From an uncultured Verrucomicrobiae bacterium (GTDB taxonomy: Bacteria > Verrucomicrobiota > Verrucomicrobiia > Limisphaerales > UBA11358): a stretch of DNA of 64,000 bases. Positions 1-9,503 of the stretch are shown piece by piece. The notes under the pieces were generated by a model. The model had not been told where the DNA came from. It saw only the letters and a list, made by a program, of their open reading frames with translations, and did no database searches. Both the position numbers and the translations under genes were made by a program. The number at the start of each line of letters is the position of its first letter. The first letter of the stretch is position 1. The DNA lies in the NCBI GenBank assembly GCA_963738225.1, contig CAVTVR010000001.1:7531-71530 (forward strand). Direction: 5' to 3'.

Positions 1-855
1 CCGCTGTTAGAGGAAACATTTAATATCCGGATGACGAAACTTGGCATTGGAAATCAAGATACCTTGAGGACTCTGCATGATCTTGCCGTGACCTACCAGG
101 ACTCCGGCCGCAGTGCGGACGCCGATCGCGTTTTCAGCAATGTTTTGACACCGGTGTTTATGAGCCAGCCGAAAAGCGTCGGCGTGCTGCGGACCCGTGG
201 GGAATTCTATGCCTGCTTTGGCCGATGGGAGGAGGCAGCGGCTGACTTGAGTCATGCGTTGGATCTGCAACCCGACCACGTTTGGACCTGGCACTGTTTG
301 GCTGCGGTGCTGGTTCAGGAGGGCCAAGTGGAGGCTTACCGCAATCTTTGCGCCAAAAGTATTGAGCGGTTCGGGAACACGACGGACCCGGTCACGGCGG
401 AGCGCATCGCCAAGGATTGCCTCATCTTGCCTGATTCGGGTGCCGATCTCGATCGTGTGGCGGGATTGGCCCATACCGCGTCAAGCAGCACGAACAATCC
501 TTCTGGCCGAGAGTGGAACCAATTGACCCAAGGCTTGGCTGACTATCGCCAGGGGCGTTTTGCCACCGCGGCAGACTGGGCTGAAAAAGCCCTCGCCAAA
601 CCGGGCATAATTTCAGAGCGTGACGTTGCAGCTTTCATGGTGCAGGCCATGGCTTGCCAGCAATTGAACCAGCCCGACAAAGCTCGCGCCGCGCTGGCCA
701 CAGGGCAGGAGTTAGCCAGGACGAAACTGCCAAAAGCCGAAGGCGGCGACATCGGCGGTTACTGGATGGATTGGGTAATTGCCCAAGCGTTGCTCCGCGA
801 AGCTGCGACCCTCATCGAGGGCCAGACACCCCCAGTCAAGGACGCCAGCAAGTGA
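1..855 (+). CDS. TPR-repeat protein, C-terminal part (5' end outside window)
   Basis: The frame is open from base 1 (PLLEETFNIRMTKLG...). It has a kinesin-light-chain-like TPR signature, LGIGNQDTLRTLHDLAVTYQDSGRSADADRVF, followed by further helical repeats. The stop TGA 853-855 overlaps GTG 852-854 of the next gene. Confidence 0.6.
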   Translation, partial: PLLEETFNIRMTKLGIGNQDTLRTLHDLAVTYQDSGRSADADRVFSNVLTPVFMSQPKSVGVLRTRGEFYACFGRWEEAAADLSHALDLQPDHVWTWHCLAAVLVQEGQVEAYRNLCAKSIERFGNTTDPVTAERIAKDCLILPDSGADLDRVAGLAHTASSSTNNPSGREWNQLTQGLADYRQGRFATAADWAEKALAKPGIISERDVAAFMVQAMACQQLNQPDKARAALATGQELARTKLPKAEGGDIGGYWMDWVIAQALLREAATLIEGQTPPVKDASK

Positions 856-1409
856 GCGACGTAACGCGCATTCTGAATGCCGCCAGCCAAGGCGACGCCA
901 GCGCGGCGGATGAGTTGTTGCCTTTGGTCTATGAAGAATTGCGCAAACTCGCGGCGGCAAAGATGGCTTCCGAAAATCCGGGTCAAACCCTCCAGGCCAC
1001 CGCGCTCGTGCATGAGGCCTGGCTGCGGTTGACCGGCGATGAAGGCCGGAAATGGAACGACCGCACTCATTTCTTCTTTGCCGCCGCTGAGGCCATGCGC
1101 CGCATTCTGGTGGAAAATGTGCGACGCAAATGCGCGCAATGCCACGGCGGCGGCCAGCAGCGGCTGGAATTGCCGGACCTTGCCGCACCCTCGGCACCCA
1201 ACGATGACCAGCTTCTCGTGGTGAACGACGCGCTGGATAAATTTGCCGCGCTGGATCCGCAAACAGCCGAACTGGTGAAGCTTCGCTATTTCGTCGGCAT
1301 GACGATCGAGGAGACGGCCGAGGCGCTCGGCATTTCCAAAGCCACGGCCAAGCGGCATTGGGACTACGCAAAGGCGTGGCTCTACGAAGAAATCCGGGCG
1401 CAAAAGTAG
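852..1409 (+). CDS. ECF-type RNA polymerase sigma factor (Sigma70_ECF / TIGR02999-like)
   Basis: VSDVTRILNAASQGDASAADELLPLVYEELRKLAAAKM...ATALVHEAWLRL...LVKLRYFVGMTIEETAEALGISKATAKRHW shows sigma region 2 and a region 4 HTH. The start forms a GTGA overlap with the upstream stop. Confidence 0.8.
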   Translation: MSDVTRILNAASQGDASAADELLPLVYEELRKLAAAKMASENPGQTLQATALVHEAWLRLTGDEGRKWNDRTHFFFAAAEAMRRILVENVRRKCAQCHGGGQQRLELPDLAAPSAPNDDQLLVVNDALDKFAALDPQTAELVKLRYFVGMTIEETAEALGISKATAKRHWDYAKAWLYEEIRAQK

Positions 1410-1716
1410 GAGCCGAGGTAGGGCGGGCAATCCTTTGCGCGCCGCGATCACGCAGGGAGGCATTGCCTGACTTCAAAGACGGCGCGCACGGAGTGACGCG
1501 CCCTACCGTGTTCAATTCGTGAAAATTCGTCCAAATCCGTGTCATAAAAAATCTTCACCCGCGTGAGCCTTTCTTTGCCGAAATTTCGCTTATTGTCAGT
1601 GTCATGACTCCAATTCAAATAACCATTATGAAAAATATCGGCACCGGCTACCCTGTCCTGCTCGGACACTGCCTGGCCTTCGCTCAGTAAAACCAAAACA
1701 AAAAACTCGATTAACT

Positions 1717-2697
1717 ATGAACACAACCAAAATAATGAAAAACCTGTTCGGAGCGGTTTTACCACTGCTCCTGTTCGCATCAACCACCGGCGCAATGGCG
1801 CAAACGGCGCGGATTGCATTTGCCGCGCCGGTAACGGTAACAACCAAATCCGGCCACAAAACCACCACCGCCACCTACGATCAAATCTTCTCGATGAATC
1901 CCGATGGCAGCGGGGTGGTGCAATTGACCAGCGCCGCCGCCAACTCGTTGGGGCCGAAGTGGTCGCCAGACCAGCAATTCATCGCCTTCGTTCGCACCAA
2001 TTATCTCATGGTGATGCGGGCCGACGGGAGCGGCAGCTTTATGGTCGTCCCGGCCAGCAGCGCCGGGTGGGTGGATTGGTCGCCCGATGGCACAAAACTG
2101 ATTTACACGAACCCCCTCAAAAGTTCGGACGGAACATTTCATGACGACCTTTACGTCGTTTCCGTGGATCCGGCCACCGGCGCGGTCGGCACTACGGCAT
2201 TCTTTGCAGCGGGGCCAAGTTATGACCCAAACTGGTCAGATGACGGAACCAAAGTTGCCTTTGACCGGTATCCGACGAGCGGTGGCGGCGATTCATCAAT
2301 CATCGTTCACGACGTGGCCACGGGCGCGGAATACAATTTCTCCGCACTGATAGGGCTGACTGCCGCGCCGAACAATTGGTTTTGGGGGCCGCGTTGGAGT
2401 CCGGACGGAACCATGCTTGCCTGCGAAGGGGACGAGAGGGTAACGACCATCACGAAGAATGGTAAGAAAACGATCACCACCACTACCGAAACCCCAATCG
2501 AGGTGTTCATCGCCAATGCCGATGGCAGCGGTGTGCTCCAAGTCACGTCCAGCAGTAATGGAAGCGTCCAGCCCGCGTGGTCGCCGGACGGATTGAGCCT
2601 CGCATTCAACAACAACGGCGGGATTTACACAACGCTGCTGGGCAGCGGCGTGTTCACTTTTCTTCACGCCGGCGGCCTACCAGACTGGAATCCGTAA
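1717..2697 (+). CDS. Secreted TolB-like PD40 beta-propeller repeat protein
   Basis: Signal peptide MNTTKIMKNLFGAVLPLLLFASTTGAMAQ. Repeated PD40-type motifs: WSPDQQFIAF, WSPDGTKLIY, WSDDGTKVAF, WSPDGTMLAC, WSPDGLSLAF. Confidence 0.75.
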   Translation: MNTTKIMKNLFGAVLPLLLFASTTGAMAQTARIAFAAPVTVTTKSGHKTTTATYDQIFSMNPDGSGVVQLTSAAANSLGPKWSPDQQFIAFVRTNYLMVMRADGSGSFMVVPASSAGWVDWSPDGTKLIYTNPLKSSDGTFHDDLYVVSVDPATGAVGTTAFFAAGPSYDPNWSDDGTKVAFDRYPTSGGGDSSIIVHDVATGAEYNFSALIGLTAAPNNWFWGPRWSPDGTMLACEGDERVTTITKNGKKTITTTTETPIEVFIANADGSGVLQVTSSSNGSVQPAWSPDGLSLAFNNNGGIYTTLLGSGVFTFLHAGGLPDWNP

Positions 2698-2699
2698 AT

Positions 2700-4849
2700 A
2701 TGAACAAACTGCGCATGAAACCCGGCTTTGTGGTATTGACGTTTTGTGGATGTATGGCGGCCTTGGGGCAGTGTCCCACCATTGGGGCCACCCCAGGCGC
2801 AATTCCGTGGAACGAAATCGGCGCCAAGGCCGGCGCGGATTACCAGGGCGACGGCCTGGCCGTGACGCCGACCGAATCCGGTGCACGCCTGCACTGCGTA
2901 TTCCAGCGGCTCGACGGCGAGGCCACACCCGAAGGCTTGTGGTTGACCTCGACCGTCACCAACACCGTTAGCGACCGTTTCCGCGTGACGGCGATAGCGG
3001 TGGGCCGGACAGCGCCCAATGCCACCTTCAACTTTCAATATCCAGAATCCAGCATCCCGTTGGCGGATGCGGGCGAAGTATCCGTCTGCGGCCAGACGGT
3101 GCGTTTCAGCCGCCCCGGGTTGACGGAAGAATATTCCGTGAGCATGGACGGTGTGCGGCAGGATTTCATCGTGGAGCAAGCGCCCGCTCAGTCCGCCGGC
3201 GGGTGAGTTGGTGGTGAAACTGGCCGTGAGCGGCGCACAGGTTGAAGCCGGCTGCTGATGGCGCGCGGCTGGTGCTGGCACAATTCCGGGCGGAAGATTG
3301 CTTACAGCCGCCTGCGCGTCACGGATGCCACGGGCAAAGAGTTGCCGGCCCGGATTGAGGTTGCATCGGCGGGAGACGAGGCAACGAGTTTTGATTTCTG
3401 GATCGCAAGTGCCAAGGATATTGACGAACAGAACTTCCTCTCGCCGGCTGCTAAAGATGTGGAGTTGGCCGTGGTGGTGAATGATGCGGAGGCGGTATAT
3501 CCGGTGCGGATTGACCCGACGTTCAGCGATGCCAACTGGTCAGCCCGGTCGGTTCGGGGATGAACAACGCCGTGGATGCCCTGGCGGTGTCGGGCAGCAC
3601 GTTGTATGCGGGCGGCTCTTTCACGACGGCGGGCGGTAGCGCGGCCAATTACATCGCGCAATGGAACGGGAGCAGTTGGTCCGCCCTCGGTTCGGGGATT
3701 TCAGGGGGCGATCGATACGGCCCGGCTGTGTATGCGCTGGCGGTGTCGGGCAGCACGTTGTATGCTGGCGGCAATTTCACGAATGCGGGCGGCAGCGCGG
3801 CCAATTCCATCGCGCAATGGAACGGGAGCAGTTGGTCGGCCCTCGGTTCAGGGATTTCAGGATCAGGCAACCACCATCCATATGTGTATGCGCTGGCGGT
3901 GTCGGGCAGCACGTTGTATGCGGGCGGCGCTTTCTCGACGGCGGGTGGCATGCGGCCAACGGCATCGCGCAATGGAACGGGAGCAGTTGGTCGGCCCTTG
4001 GTTCGGGGATTAGTGTCAACAATAATCCTGTGGCCTACAGCTCTGTGAATGCGCTGGCGGTGTCGGGCAGCACGTTGTATGCGGGCGGCTGGTTCACGAC
4101 GGCGGGCGGCACTGCGGCCAATTACATCGCGCAATGGAACGGGAGCAGTTGGTCGGCCCTCGGTTCGGGGATGAGCAATCCTGTGGGTGTGCTGGCGGTT
4201 TCGGGCAGCACGTTGTATGCGGACGGCGATTTCACGACGGTGGGCGTCAGCGGGGTCCACTTTAATCTCGCAATGGAATGGGAGCAGTTGGTCTGCCCTG
4301 GGTTCGGGGATGTCAGGTGCAGTCAACGCTGAATACGCCCCGCAGGTGTTTGCGCTGGCGGTGTCGGGCAGCACGTTGTATGCGGGTGGCTATTTCACGA
4401 AGGCGGGCGGCAGCGCGGCCAGTTGCATCGCGCAATGGAACGGGAGCAGTTGGTCGGCACTCGGTTCGGGGATGTCAGGTGCAGGCTCCGATGGATACGG
4501 CCCTGCGGTGTATGCGCTGGCTGTTTCGGGCAGCACGTTGTATGCGGGCGGTGATTTCACGACGGCGGGAACCAATGCATCTGCCTATGCGGCCATGGCC
4601 AACCTGGCGGGCACACCGGTTTCAATTGCCATCATCACCACCAACGCCGCCTTTGGCTTCACCAACGGCGTGTTTGGTTTCGACGTGACCGGCCCGTCCG
4701 GCTCCAACGTGGTCATTCAGGCCAGCACGGACCTGCAAACCTGGATTCCGCTGCAAACCAATCTGCTCGGCAGCGGCCAGCTTTATTTCTCCGATCCGCA
4801 GTCCCCCGCCAACGTCCAGCGTTTCTACCGCGCCCAGTTATTACCCTAA
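2700..4849 (+). pseudogene. Large secreted 7-blade beta-propeller repeat protein with F[FY]R-type C-terminal domain; frame-disrupted as sequenced (about 6 shifts)
   Basis: Signal peptide MNKLRMKPGFVVLTFCGCMAALGQ. The conserved reading jumps frame near 3178, 3251, 3278, 3545, 3945 and 4255. The pieces are ORFs 2577-3206, 3258-3563, 3560-4048, 3661-4332 and 4187-4849. The C-terminus reads ...STDLQTWIPLQTNLLGSGQLYFSDPQSPANVQRFYRAQLLP. Confidence 0.7.
3581..4560 (+). repeat. Seven tandem coding repeats (blade consensus ALAVSGSTLYAGGxFTxAGGxxAxxIAQWNGSSWSALGSG)
   Basis: The DNA core ctggcggtgtcgggcagcacgttgtatgc recurs at 3581, 3737, 3893, 4054, 4192, 4355 and 4517. The spacings are 156, 156, 161, 138, 163 and 162 nt. 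Confidence 0.9.
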
Positions 4850-4859
4850 AATGTAAAAG

Positions 4860-5062
4860 GTCGCCGTGGGTGGCTTGAACGGAGTGGCAAATTGCGCCGA
4901 CACTGTTTTGATGAGCACGAATCTGCATTGCCAGTAAGCCAATGGACGCCGGTTTGGACCAATATCATGGCCAACCTCACGAATAACATTTTCAACGCGA
5001 CGCTGACCAATGCTTTACATTCCGGCACAACGCGGCAATTTTACATTCTACAATCGCAATAG
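4860..5062 (+). pseudogene. Orphan, degenerate copy of the F[FY]R-type C-terminal domain
   Basis: Directly after the 4849 stop, translation reads ...NGVANCADTVLMSTNLH / ESALPVSQWTPVWTNIMANLTNNIFNATLTNALHSGTTRQFYILQSQ*. This needs one frameshift near 4925. There is no start codon or N-terminal part. Confidence 0.5.
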
Positions 5063-5202
5063 AACCTCGCGATTCATCGTCAGGCAAACGCCGCCATTTC
5101 TTGTCTGAAACCCGTAGCAATTTTAATCAAAATAAAGCCAAAAAATGTGGAGTTGGCTTTTTCCAAAAATTGCATTCTTTCATCGTTCACAAAGAAAAAT
5201 CT

Positions 5203-5925
5203 ATGAGCGATCCAACCCCAACTCCCACACCCACTCCAACGCCGCAAGCTGCCAAGCGCGCGAACTGGCCCATCAACAAAAAATACATCGAGGAACTGGA
5301 TTTGGCGGACAGCATCTGCGCCGCGGCACAGCGTGCCCCGTATGCGGCGGCGCTGGCGGATGAAGACGTGGACGCCACAGCCGTTCAAAATCTCGCGAAT
5401 AAAATTCTGGCCGCGGAAAATTTGATTTATCAAGCAACCGACGGCAAGGCGGGCCGGAAGATTTTGACAAAGGCCGAACAGGGCTTGCACGACACGCTGC
5501 TGGCCAAGGTCCAGGCCATTCAGAAACGCGCCAAGCGCAAATATACGTCGTCGGATGACCCGAACCGCGACAAATATTTTCTCCATCACAGCCACAATCT
5601 CGCCGGCAATCACGCCATGCTATTGACGGCGGCCGATTCCATTGCCAAGACTTTGCCGAACGACAAGCTGCCGGGCGCGAAGGCCACCACAGCGGCGGAG
5701 TTGCAGCAGGCGGCGGATGATTTTCGGGATGGTTTGAAGGCGAAAAGCGGCGGCGGTGGCGATGCCAGCCAGTCGTTCAAAGCATTGGACGCCGCCATTG
5801 CCGACATTGCGGCGGCGCGGCGCGATATTCAACTGGCTGCGGATACCGCCTGGCCGGCGGGTGTTCCAGCCGATGCGCCGGCCCGCGCGGAATTCAAATT
5901 GCCGGCGGATCGTTCGCTGAAATAA
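5203..5925 (+). CDS. Hypothetical protein (helical, N-terminal Thr-Pro run)
   Basis: ATG 5203 follows an AT-rich stretch. MSDPTPTPTPTPTPQAAKRANWPINKKY... I recognise no family. Confidence 0.5.
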   Translation: MSDPTPTPTPTPTPQAAKRANWPINKKYIEELDLADSICAAAQRAPYAAALADEDVDATAVQNLANKILAAENLIYQATDGKAGRKILTKAEQGLHDTLLAKVQAIQKRAKRKYTSSDDPNRDKYFLHHSHNLAGNHAMLLTAADSIAKTLPNDKLPGAKATTAAELQQAADDFRDGLKAKSGGGGDASQSFKALDAAIADIAAARRDIQLAADTAWPAGVPADAPARAEFKLPADRSLK

Positions 5926-5930
5926 CGGCA

Positions 5931-6095
5931 ACGGTTATCGGCAGCAAGTTCGCAAACAGATCTCGGTGGCGAACTTGGCATGGCTGGCATCCTGCCGGGA
6001 CGCCGCTACGGCGAAAGTCTTTCGGGCTTCCAAGAATTGTCCCCTCGCGTGTATTGAAACCGGTCGCGCAAGCGGTTGGGCCGGCCCGCCAAAAT
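5931..6095. repeat. Degenerate direct copy of the pdxH 3' end plus its downstream flank
   Basis: Hand alignment of 5931-6095 with 9418-9600 matches roughly three quarters of positions. An example block is caaacagatctcggtggcgaacttggca...ctacggcgaaagtctttcgggcttccaag...attgaaaccggtcgcgcaagcggttgggccggccc. Confidence 0.75.
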
Positions 6096-6242
6096 TCAAC
6101 GATTCGAGCCGATTTGTCGTCGAAAAAAACTTCATTAATTATTATGAAGAAAAGCATTGCGCTCACTTACAATCAGCAGCAGCATCCCTTTTCAAGAGAG
6201 CCTACGCTTACAAAGCGTGAGTCAGTCCGATCCATTAAATTT

Positions 6243-9200
6243 ATGAAAACAACCGTGTCAATCATGTTGCTGGCGGCAGGTTTGTGCGCCACCTTCCTGG
6301 GTTCAGCCGGAGCGCAGCCGCTCACGGTGACAACCATCGCGGGCAAGTTCGACCACAACGGCTACGTGAACGGCGTGGGCACGAACGCGCAATTTCACGG
6401 CCTCAACGATTTCTCCGATTTGGCGGCGGACGCCAACGGCTTCCTCTATGTTGTGGACGGCAACGCCATCCGGAGAATCAGCCCCGATCTCCTGGTGGTC
6501 ACCCTCGCCGGCAATCCGAATCAGGCAGGCTATGTGGATGCCACCGGCACCAATGCCCTCTTCTCCGGTCCGGCCGGAATTGCGGCGGACGCCAACGGCA
6601 ATGTCTATGTCGCCGATGAGGGAAACTACGTCATCCGCAAAATCACGTTTGCGGGAGTGGTCAGCACGGTGGCCGGGGACGGGACTTACGGTTACGTGGA
6701 CAGCGCCGCAGGAACGCCGAAGTTCCAAAGTCCAAACAGTGTCGCGTTGGATTCGGCTGGGAACATTTACGTGGCGGACTATGTGGAGCTTCGCAAGATC
6801 ACTCCTGCCGGGGTGGTCAGCACCCTGGCCGGCAGCCTTACCCAAGAACCCGGGTTCGACGACGGCACCGGAACCAATGCGGAGTTCGTCTCGCCTTTCT
6901 TCCTGGCCGCCAAGGCGGACGGAAGCATCTATGTGGCCATGGCGTGGGTTATTCGCCAAGTGACACCCGATGGCACTGTGAGCACTTTGGCCGGAAGCGA
7001 TCATACCGACCACGACGGCATTGGCGCCAACGCCGGTTTTGACGGAGCCTATTCAATTGCCGTGGACAAAGCGGGGGGCCTGTATGTGGCCGACTTCAAT
7101 GTAGGCACCATCCGTTATGTAACGTCCGCTGGCGTCGTCACAACGGTGGCCGGCTCGATTAATCGTTTTCCTTACCCAGGGAGCAATAATGGTGTCGGGA
7201 CGAATGCGTGGTTTTCCGGACCGCAGGGCATCGCGGTGGATCCTTTCGGCAACGTGTATATCGTGGATGGAGGCGAATACACCATTTTGAAAGGCGTGCC
7301 TCCGTCGCTCCCACCCATCGGCTCGTTCAGTGAATCGGCGGGCGTCACACCAGTTCGTTTCAACAATCCGTGGCAATTTACGGCGAATTATACCACGCTG
7401 GTCTCGGATTTGCGGCTGCGCGTGCAATCCACGACCACGACTAACAATGCGGGAAGTTGGACAGACTTGCCGGGAAGTTCGGACATGACCGACGTGGACG
7501 GGAATTGGACGCTCAACTGGACAAACGTGCCGACCGGCACACAATATTTCCGCGTCATCGCGTCGGCTCCCGGTTACTTCGACAGCGTCTCGGCGGCGGT
7601 GGGGCCGGAAACCGTGCTGGGACTCCCGCAACTGTCAGATATTGATTCCTTCTTGCTCACCACCGGGGGCACGCCGGTTCGTTCCAGCAACCCGTGGCAA
7701 TTTTTAGTCTATTACACGAATCTTGTTCCGGGATTGCAACTCCAAGTGCAGTCCACCACCACGACGAATGATGCGGGCAGTTGGACAAACCTGCCGGGAG
7801 TTCATTACATGACCAATAATGCCGGAGCTTGGACGCTCGACAAAACGGATGTGCCGACCGGGGTGCAGTATTTCCGGGTGGTGGCCTCCGCGCCCGGCTA
7901 TTTGGACGGAGTGTCATCCATTGTCGGGCCGCAAACCGTGCTGCCGGGCTTCGATCTTTGGGGTTATTTCAGTTACGCGACTACCGTGCCTTACTCAACA
8001 GCGACCGCGTGGGGATTTGCCATCGGCCAGCCTTCGCAGATTCCGGGCATGAGCCTCCGGGTGGAGTTCAGCACTACGCCCGACGATGAGAATAGTTGGA
8101 ACAACCTGCCGGGTGGCGGACAAATGACCCGGCAATCCGATGGTGTGAATTGGGGAATAGGCACCACCAACCTGCCCATCGGATCGGCGGTCTCTTTCCG
8201 CGTCGTTGCGTCCGCACCGGATTATGTGGATTTGGTTTCCGCCCTGCTTGGGCCATTTGACATTGGAGCGCCGCTGCCGGTCCACTCGACGACAGTTTCG
8301 ACGGGCGGCACATACCATCTGGACGATTTTCTTGGCATCGGCGCAGCGGTTAATAGCGTTGTCCATGCTGTTGGCGTTTTCGTGCATTTGATTCCTGCAA
8401 GCAATATGACAACGACCCAAGGAGGTATCACATTGGACGCAGACTCTAGCGGCTCCGTGGACTTAACCATTACCAAAGGGCAAACCCTCACGGCACCCGG
8501 TGGCGTGAACGTGGGACCGAAAGCAACGGTGCTTGTGAGCGGAACTGTGGATGGGCCTGTCAACGTAGGCATCGTCTCCCAAGGCGCGGGAAACATCGTT
8601 TCCCAAGGTGCTGGCAACATTGTCTCCCAAGGTGCAGGCAATTTGGCGGGAAATGGGGGGACCGCAGCGCTCGCCGCCACGATTGCCAATAGTCTCATCA
8701 GTCAGGACGGTGCCGGCATCGTCTCTCAAGGCGCGGGAAATGTAGTCAACACGTCTGGCAGTAACATAATCCCAGAAGGCTCCGCAGCGGCCAAAGGCGC
8801 GGGTAACAATGGACCCGTCAAGCCGCAGGATAATCCGTCCCAGCCATCGTTCACCGGGTTGATGACGATCAATGGCGATTACAGCCAGTTTCCCGGAACC
8901 GCGTTGATTATTGGAATTGCGGGAACCAACAGCCTTGACCAAGGCGCGCAACAATATGATCAACTCGTGGTCAGCGGCCAGGTGAATTTCGTCGGCGGAA
9001 CGATTGTTTTTGTATTGCTTGATCCCGACGACCAGACGAACCTCGCCAATGCGTTCCAACCACCGGACGGAGCAACTTTTGACGTGGTCGTTGCCAGCAA
9101 CATCGTAGTTGGCGCCGTTCATATCCTTGGCCCCGTTTGGGGTGACGGCCTGTTTTTCAGCGGAAGTGTTGTCACTCGCGACGATGGCCTGCAAGCCGTG

Positions 9201-9407
9201 CGCCTCACAGCCATACACATTCCGCCGCAGCTTTTCATTCAAAATGCCGACTCTGGACTCCAGTTGATTTATGGGACCAATTACACCGGCTACACGGTCG
9301 AAAGCTCACCGAATCTGGTCAACTGGAGCACCTTCTCGACCGGCACGAATGTCGTTCCGTTGAATCCTACCGAAGCCAGCCAGTTTTTCCGCTTGAGCCA
9401 TCCTTGA
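6243..9407 (+). CDS. Large secreted NHL-repeat beta-propeller protein with three Ig-like modules, IVSQGAGN repeats and an F[FY]R-type C-terminal domain
   Basis: Signal peptide MKTTVSIMLLAAGLCATFLGSAGAQP. NHL-like blades are present (GPAGIAADANGNVYVADEGNYVIRKIT, etc.). Three modules of about 105 aa lie at about 7312-8265. The C-terminus is ...VESSPNLVNWSTFSTGTNVVPLNPTEASQFFRLSHP. The ORF is intact. An alternative upstream ATG exists at 6144. Confidence 0.8.
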   Translation: MKTTVSIMLLAAGLCATFLGSAGAQPLTVTTIAGKFDHNGYVNGVGTNAQFHGLNDFSDLAADANGFLYVVDGNAIRRISPDLLVVTLAGNPNQAGYVDATGTNALFSGPAGIAADANGNVYVADEGNYVIRKITFAGVVSTVAGDGTYGYVDSAAGTPKFQSPNSVALDSAGNIYVADYVELRKITPAGVVSTLAGSLTQEPGFDDGTGTNAEFVSPFFLAAKADGSIYVAMAWVIRQVTPDGTVSTLAGSDHTDHDGIGANAGFDGAYSIAVDKAGGLYVADFNVGTIRYVTSAGVVTTVAGSINRFPYPGSNNGVGTNAWFSGPQGIAVDPFGNVYIVDGGEYTILKGVPPSLPPIGSFSESAGVTPVRFNNPWQFTANYTTLVSDLRLRVQSTTTTNNAGSWTDLPGSSDMTDVDGNWTLNWTNVPTGTQYFRVIASAPGYFDSVSAAVGPETVLGLPQLSDIDSFLLTTGGTPVRSSNPWQFLVYYTNLVPGLQLQVQSTTTTNDAGSWTNLPGVHYMTNNAGAWTLDKTDVPTGVQYFRVVASAPGYLDGVSSIVGPQTVLPGFDLWGYFSYATTVPYSTATAWGFAIGQPSQIPGMSLRVEFSTTPDDENSWNNLPGGGQMTRQSDGVNWGIGTTNLPIGSAVSFRVVASAPDYVDLVSALLGPFDIGAPLPVHSTTVSTGGTYHLDDFLGIGAAVNSVVHAVGVFVHLIPASNMTTTQGGITLDADSSGSVDLTITKGQTLTAPGGVNVGPKATVLVSGTVDGPVNVGIVSQGAGNIVSQGAGNIVSQGAGNLAGNGGTAALAATIANSLISQDGAGIVSQGAGNVVNTSGSNIIPEGSAAAKGAGNNGPVKPQDNPSQPSFTGLMTINGDYSQFPGTALIIGIAGTNSLDQGAQQYDQLVVSGQVNFVGGTIVFVLLDPDDQTNLANAFQPPDGATFDVVVASNIVVGAVHILGPVWGDGLFFSGSVVTRDDGLQAVRLTAIHIPPQLFIQNADSGLQLIYGTNYTGYTVESSPNLVNWSTFSTGTNVVPLNPTEASQFFRLSHP
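8571..8642 (+). repeat. 3 x 24-nt tandem coding repeat (IVSQGAGN), with a fourth copy at 8718-8741
   Basis: atcgtctcccaaggcgcgggaaac / atcgtttcccaaggtgctggcaac / attgtctcccaaggtgcaggcaat. All differences fall at synonymous third positions. Confidence 0.9.
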
Positions 9408-9503
9408 GAAATATCAATAAACGGCAATCGGCGCGGCAGCGGCTCGCGCAAACAGATCTCGTTGGCGGATCTTGGCAAGACTGGAATCCTGCCAAGACGC
9501 CCG

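Noticed and set aside
3581-4560. Regularly spaced ~30-nt repeats that could suggest a CRISPR array
   Set aside because: The repeats and the spacers between them together encode a conserved 52-54-aa protein blade, and the spacers are themselves similar to each other. There are no cas genes. This is a coding tandem repeat.
5212-5244. Thr-Pro run as a slippage-prone phase-variation microsatellite
   Set aside because: The codons vary (cca acc cca act ccc aca ccc act cca acg ccg), so there is no perfect DNA repeat tract for slippage.
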